NCBI RefSeq assembly: GCF_009914755.1
Contig: NC_060933.1
Origin: the human T2T-CHM13v2.0 reference genome, Homo sapiens
Reading direction: 5' to 3' (one strand)
DNA: 64,000 nucleotides
This document shows, in pieces, positions 58,010 through 64,000 of this stretch. Every line of letters starts with the position of its first letter. The first letter of the stretch is position 1. The position numbers were made by a program, and so were the translations under genes. Under the pieces are notes generated by a model. The model did not search any database. It saw nothing but the letters and a program-made list of their open reading frames with translations, and had not been told where the DNA came from.

Positions 58010-61000
58010 CCATTCCATTCCATTCCAATCCATTCCATTCCGTTCCTTTCCGTTCCATTCCATTCCATTCCATTCTATTCGGGTTAATTCCATTCCATTC
58101 CATTCGATTGCAATCGAGTTGATTCCATTCCATTCTACTCCATTCCATTGCATTCCTTTCCATTCCATTACGGATGATTCCATTCCATTGCATTCCATTC
58201 CATTCCATTCCCCTGTACTCGGGTTGATTCCATTCCATTCCATTCCAATCCATGCAATTCCACTCGTGTTGATTCCATTCTTTCCATTCCATTCAAGTTG
58301 AATCCATTCCATTGCATTCCATTCCATTCCATTACCCTGCAGTCGGGTTGATTCCATTCCATTCCATTCCATTCCATTCCATTCCATTCCATTCCGTTCC
58401 GTTCCGTTCCGTTCCATTCCATTCCATTCCATTCTATTCGGGTTAATTCCATTCCATTCCATTCCATTCCATTCCAATCGAGTTGATTCCATTCCATTCC
58501 ATTCCATTCCATTCCACTCCATTCCAGTCCTTTCCATTCCATTCCACTCGCGTTGATTCCAATGTATTCCTTTCCATTCCATTCCATTCCATTGCAATCG
58601 AGTTGATTCCATTGCTTTGATTTCCATTCCATTCCATTCCATTCCGGATGATTCCATTCCATTGCATTCCATTCCATTCCATTCCCCTGCACTCGGGTTG
58701 ATTCCATTCCATTCCACTCCATTCCGTTCCATTCCATTCCATTCCATTGTATTCGGGTTAATTCCATTCCATTCCATTCCATTCCATTCCATTCCATTCC
58801 ATTACAATCGAGTTGATTCCATTCCATTCCATTCCATTCCAGTCCTTTCCATTCCATTCCACTCGGGTTGATTCCATTCTATTAGTTTCCATTCCAATCC
58901 ATTCCCTTCCATTCCACTCTGGTTGATACCATTCCTTTCCATTCCACTCGAACACATTCCCTCCTATTCCACTCGGAACGATTCCATTCCATTCCATTCC
59001 ATTCCATTCCATTCCATTCCATTCCATTCCATTTCGTTCCATTCCATTCTATTCCGTATCTTTCCATTCCATTCCATTCCATTCCATTCCATTCCATTCC
59101 ATTCCATTGTACTCGGTTTGATTCAATTCCATTGCATTCCATTCCATTCCATTCCATTCCATTCCGTTGCATTCCATTCCATTACATTCGGATTGATTCT
59201 ATTCAACTCCCTTACTCTCCATTACATTCCACTCCATTCGGGTTGTTCCATTCCATTCCATTCCATTCCCCTCCATTCCATTGCACTCGGGTTGATTCCA
59301 TTCCATTCCATTCCATTCCATTCCATTCCATTCCATTCCGGATGATTCCATTCCATTGCATTCCGTTCCATTACATTCCCATGCACTCGCGTTGATTCCA
59401 TTCCATTCCATTCCATTCCATTCAATTCCATTCCAATACAATTCGTTCCATTCCATTCTATTCCGTACCATTCCATTCCATTCCATACCATTCCTTTCCA
59501 TTCCATTCCATTCCATTCCGTAATGGAATGGAATGGAATGGAATGGAATGGAATGGAATGGAATGGAATGGAATCAACTCGATTGCAATCGAATGGAATG
59601 GAATGGAATTAACCCGAATAGAATGGAATGGAATGGAATGGAACGGAACGGAATGGAATGGAATGGAATGGAACGGAAAGGAAGGGAATGGAATGGAATA
59701 GAATGGAATGGAATGGAATCAACGCGAGTGCAGGGGAATGGAATGGAATGGATTGCAATGGAATGGAATCTTCTGGAATGGAATGGAATGGAATGGAATG
59801 GAATGGAATGGAATGGAATCAACTCGAGTGCAATGGAATGGAGTGGAATGGAATGGAATGGAATGGAACAACCCAGATGGAATGGAATGTAATGGAGAGT
59901 AAGGGAGTTGAATAGAATCAATCCGAATGTAATGGAATGGAATGGAAAGGAATGGAATGGAATGGAATGCAATGGAATGGATTCAACTTGAATGGAATGG
60001 AAAGAATGGAATCAACACGAGTGGAATGGCTTGGATTGGAATGGAATGGAATGGAATCAACCCGAGTACACGGGAATGGAATGGAATGGAATGCAATGGA
60101 ATGGAATCATCCGTAATGGAATGGAAAGGAATGGAATGGAATGGAATGGAATGGAATGGAATGGAATGGAATCAACTCGATTGCAATCGAATGGAATGGA
60201 ATGGAATTAACCCGAATAGAATGGAATGGAATGGAATGGAACGGAACGGAACGGAATGGAATGGAATGGAATGGAACGGAACGGAATGGAGTGGAATGGA
60301 ATGGAATGGAATGGAATGGAATCAACGCGAGTGCAGGGGAATGGAATGGAATGGAATGCAATGGAATGGAATCTTCCGGAATGGAATGGAATGGAATGGA
60401 ATGGAAGGAAATGCAATGGATTCAACTCGATTGCAATGGAATGGAATAGAATGGAATGGAATGGAATGGAATGGAATTAATCCGAATGGAATGGAATGGA
60501 ACGGAATGGAACGGAATGGAATGGAATGGAATGCAATGGAATGGTATGGAATGGAATGGAATGGTACGGAATATAATGGAATGGAATGAATTGTAATGGA
60601 ATGGAATTGAATGGAATGGAATGGAATGGAATGGAATCAACGCGAGTGCCGGGGAATGTAATGGAACGGAATGCAATGGAATGGAATCATCCGGAATGGA
60701 ATGGAATGGAATGGAATGGAATGAAATGGAATGGAATGGAATCAACCCGAGTGCAATGGAATGGAGTGGAAAGGAATGGAATGGAATGGAACAACCCGAA
60801 TGGAATGGAATGTAATGGAGAGTAAGGGAGTTGAATAGAATCAATCCGAATGTAATAGAATGGAATGCAACGGAATGGAATGGAATGGAATGGAATGGAA
60901 TGGAATGCAATGGAATCGAATCAACACGAGTACAATGTAATGGAATGGAATGGAATGGAATGGAATGGAATGGAATGGAATGGAATGATACGGAATAGAA

Positions 61001-62020
61001 TGGAATGGAACGAAATGGAATGGAATGGAATGGAATGGAATGGAATGGAATGGAATGGAATGGAATCGTTCCGAGTGGAATAGGAGGGAATGTATTCGAG
61101 TGGAATGGAAAGGAATGGTATCAACCAGAGTGGAATGGAAGGGAATGGAATGGAATGGAAATTAATAGAATGGAATCAACCCGAGTGGAATGGAATGGAA
61201 AGGACTGGAATGGAATGGAATGGAATGGAATCAACTCGATTGTAATGGAATGGAATGGAATGGAATGGAAGGGAATTAACCCGAATACAATGGAATGGAA
61301 TGGAATGGAACGGAATGGAGTGGAATGGAATGGAATCAACCCGAGTGCAGGGGAATGGAATGGAATGGAATGCAATGGAATGGAATCATCCGGAATGGAA
61401 TGGAATGGAATGGAATGCAAAGCAATGGAATCAACTCGTTTGCAAAGGAATGGAATGGAATGGAAAGGAATACATTGGAATCAACCCGAGTGGAATGGAA
61501 TGGAAAGGACTGGAATGGAGTGGAATGGAATGGAATGGAATGGAATGGAATCAACTCGATTGGAATGGAATGGAATGGAATGGAATGGAATTAACCCGAA
61601 TAGAATGGAATGGAATGGAATGGAACGGAACGGAATGGAATGGAATGGAATGGAATGGAATGGAATGGAATCAACCCGACTGCAGGGGAATGGAATGGAA
61701 TGGAATGCAATGGAATGGATTCAACTTGAATGGAATGGAAAGAATGGAATCAACACGACTGGAATGGCATGGATTGGAATGGAATGGAATGGAATCAACC
61801 CGAGTACAGGGGAATGGAATGGAATGGAATGCAATGGAATGGAATCATCCGTAATGGAATGGAAAGGAATGGAATGGAATGGAATGGAATGGAATGGAAT
61901 GGAATGGAATCAAATCGATTGCAATCGAATGGAATGGAATGGAATTAACCCGAATAGAATGGAATGGAATGGAATGGAACGGAACGGAACGGAATGGAAT
62001 GGATTGGAATGGAATGGAAT
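58010..62020. repeat. Imperfect ~1.5 kb inverted repeat (58010-59521 vs 60511-62020) with ~1 kb spacer
   Basis: Collinear module order in reverse complement, and shared uncommon variants GGTATCAACCAGAG (58917-58930 rc / 61117) and AACGGAATGGAATGGATTGG (~58025 rc / ~61990). Confidence 0.7.
59517..59521. other. Right inversion junction: 5 bp microhomology TCCGT
   Basis: TCCGT is shared by the inverted consensus (CATTCCGTTCC) and the forward consensus (CATCCGTAATGG). The flanking module order fits both. Confidence 0.85.
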
Positions 62021-64000
62021 GGAATGGAATGGAAACAACGCGAGTGCAGGGGAATGGAATGGAATGGAATGCAATGGAATGGAATCTTCCGGAATGGAAT
62101 GGAATGGAATGGAATGGAATGGAATGGAATGGAATAAACCCGAGTGCTGTGGAATGGAGTGGAATGGAATGAAATGGAATGGAACAACCCGAATGGAATG
62201 GAATGTAATGGAGAGTAAGGGAGTTGAATAGAATCAATCCGAATGTATTGGAATGGAATGGAACGGAATGGAATTGAATGGAATGGAATGGAATGCAATG
62301 GAATGGAATCAACCCGAGTGCAATGGAATGGAGAGGAATGGAATGGAATGGAATGGAAACTACCCGAATGGAATGGAATGTAATGGAGTGTAAGGGAATT
62401 GAATAGAATCAATCCGAATGTAATGGAATGGAATGGAATGGAATGGAATGGAATGGAATGGAATAGAATGCAATCGAATGGAATCGAATGGAATGGAATG
62501 CAATGGAATGTATTCAACTTGAATGGAATGGAAAGAATGGAATCAACACGAGTGGAATGGCATGGATTGGAATGGAATGGAATGGAATCAACCCGAGTAC
62601 GGGGGAATGGAATGGAATGGAATGCAATGGAATGGAATCATCCGGAAGGGAATGGAAAGGAATGGAATGGAATGGAATGGAATGGAATGGAATGGAATTG
62701 AATCAACTCGATTGCAATCGAATGGAATGGAATGGAATTAACCCGAATAGAATGGAATGGAATGGAATGGAATGGAACGGAACGGAATGGAATGGAATGG
62801 AATGGAATGGAATGGAACGGAACGGAACGGAATTGATGGAATGGAATGGAATGGAATGGAATGGAATCAACGCGAGTGCAGGGGAATGGAATGGAATGGA
62901 ATGCAATGGAATGGAATCTTCCGGAATGGAATGGAATGGAATGGAATGGAATGAAATGCAATGGATTCAACTCGAATGCAATGGAATGGAATAGAATGGA
63001 ATGGAATGGAATGGAATGGAATGGAATTAACCCGAATAGAATGGAATGGAATGGAATGGAACGGAATGCAACGGAATGGAATGGAATGGAATGGAATGGA
63101 ATGGAATGGTATGGAATGGAATGGATTGGTACGGAATAGAATGGAATGGAATGAATTGTAATGGAAAGGAATTGAATGGAATGGAATGGAATCAACGCGA
63201 GTGCAGGGGAATGTAATGAAACGGAATGCAGAGGAATGGAATCATCCGGAATGGAATGGAATGGAATGGAATGCAATGGAATCAACCCGAGTGCAATGGA
63301 ATGGAGTGGAATGTAATGGAATGGAATGGAACAACCCGAATGGAATGGAATGTAATGGAGAGTAAGGGAGTTGAATAGAATCAATCCGAATGTAATGGAA
63401 TGGAATGCAACGGAATGGAATGGAATGGAATGGAATGCAATGGAATGGAATCAACAAGAGTACAATGGAATGGAATGGAATGGAATTGAATGGAATGCCT
63501 TCAAACCGAATGGAATGGAAAGGAATGGAATCAACATGAGTGGAATGGAATGGAATGGAATGGAATGGAATGGAATGGAATGATACGGAATAGAATGGAA
63601 TGGAACGAAATGGAATGGAATGGAATGGAATGGAATGGAATGGAATGGAATGGAATGGAATGGAATCGTTCCGAGTGGAATAGGAGGGAATGTATTCGAG
63701 TGGAATGGAAAGGAATGGAATCAACCAGAGTGGAATGGAAGGGAATGGAATGGAATGGAAACTAATAGAATGGAATCAACCCGAGTGGAATGGAATGGAA
63801 AAGACTGGAATGGAAAGGAATGGAATGGAATAGAATGGAATGGAATGGAATGGAATGGAATGGAATCAACGCGAGCGCAGGGGAATGGAATGGAATCGAA
63901 TGGAATGGAATGGAATGGAAAGGAATCAACCCGAGTGCAGGGGAATGTAATGGAACGGAATGCAATGGAATGGAATCATCCGGCATGGAATGGAATGCAA
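59521..64000 (+). repeat. HSat3 array resumes in G-rich orientation
   Basis: GGAAT pentamers with the same module vocabulary as 1-48221. Confidence 0.97.

Larger units (their letters stand above)
48222..59520 (-). repeat. Inverted HSat3 block (~11.3 kb), (ATTCC)n on +
   Basis: Abrupt switch from GGAAT to ATTCC at ...ATCAACCCGAC|TTGATTCC... and back at ...ATTCCG|TAATGG.... All modules appear as reverse complements (e.g. ACTCGGGTTG). Confidence 0.98.

Noticed and set aside
48222-59520. Inverted block as a transposon or invertase-controlled switch
   Set aside because: There are no terminal inverted repeats specific to the ends, no target-site duplication and no recombinase. The two junction sequences are unrelated.
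61005-62231. Longest ORF (408 aa) and all other MEWNG-repeat ORFs
   Set aside because: (GGAAT)n has no stop codon in any frame and supplies an ATG every 5 bp. ORFs overlap in all frames with no domain or gene structure.
1606-63700. Fixed-period higher-order repeat (e.g. DYZ1 ~3.5 kb or D15Z1 ~1.8 kb type)
   Set aside because: TAGGAGGG landmark spacings are irregular (about 4.3, 1.4, 1.6, 2.35, 2.34, 1.6, 1.9, 1.0, 8.2, 4.1 kb).
1-64000. CRISPR-like repeat/spacer reading
   Set aside because: The 'spacers' are a small recurring set of pentamer-derived modules rather than unique sequences. There are no cas genes or leader.
1-64000. HSat2 or telomeric repeat
   Set aside because: It lacks the HSat2 CATTCGATTC/GATGAT-dominated pattern and TTAGGG arrays. 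Long GGAAT runs with CAACCCGAGT indicate HSat3.

Overview
The whole 64 kb is primate, most likely human, pericentromeric Satellite III (HSat3). It consists of (GGAAT)n runs punctuated by a small, ordered vocabulary of variant modules such as CAACCCGAGT, CAACTCGATTGC, TTAACCCGAATAG and GGAGAGTAAGGGAGTTG. I see no credible genes, RNA genes or transposon insertions, and every ORF in the track is a MEWNG/HSIPF pentamer-translation artefact. The information is structural. (1) An ~11.3 kb strand-inverted block (48222-59520) has junctions in CpG-containing modules that look unbalanced. (2) A ~1.5 kb inverted repeat with a ~1 kb spacer straddles the right junction. (3) There is a recent near-perfect 4.1 kb tandem duplication (~24091-32334). 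(4) Nested and dispersed duplications can be traced by private variants. (5) A recurring module, GGAATCTTCCGGAAT, is a perfect three-unit heat shock element (about 38 copies counted by eye). The module vocabulary, lack of a fixed higher-order repeat and internal inversion suggest the chr9q12-type array, but this needs alignment. I found no evidence of a new protein-coding system. All counts and alignments were done by eye.
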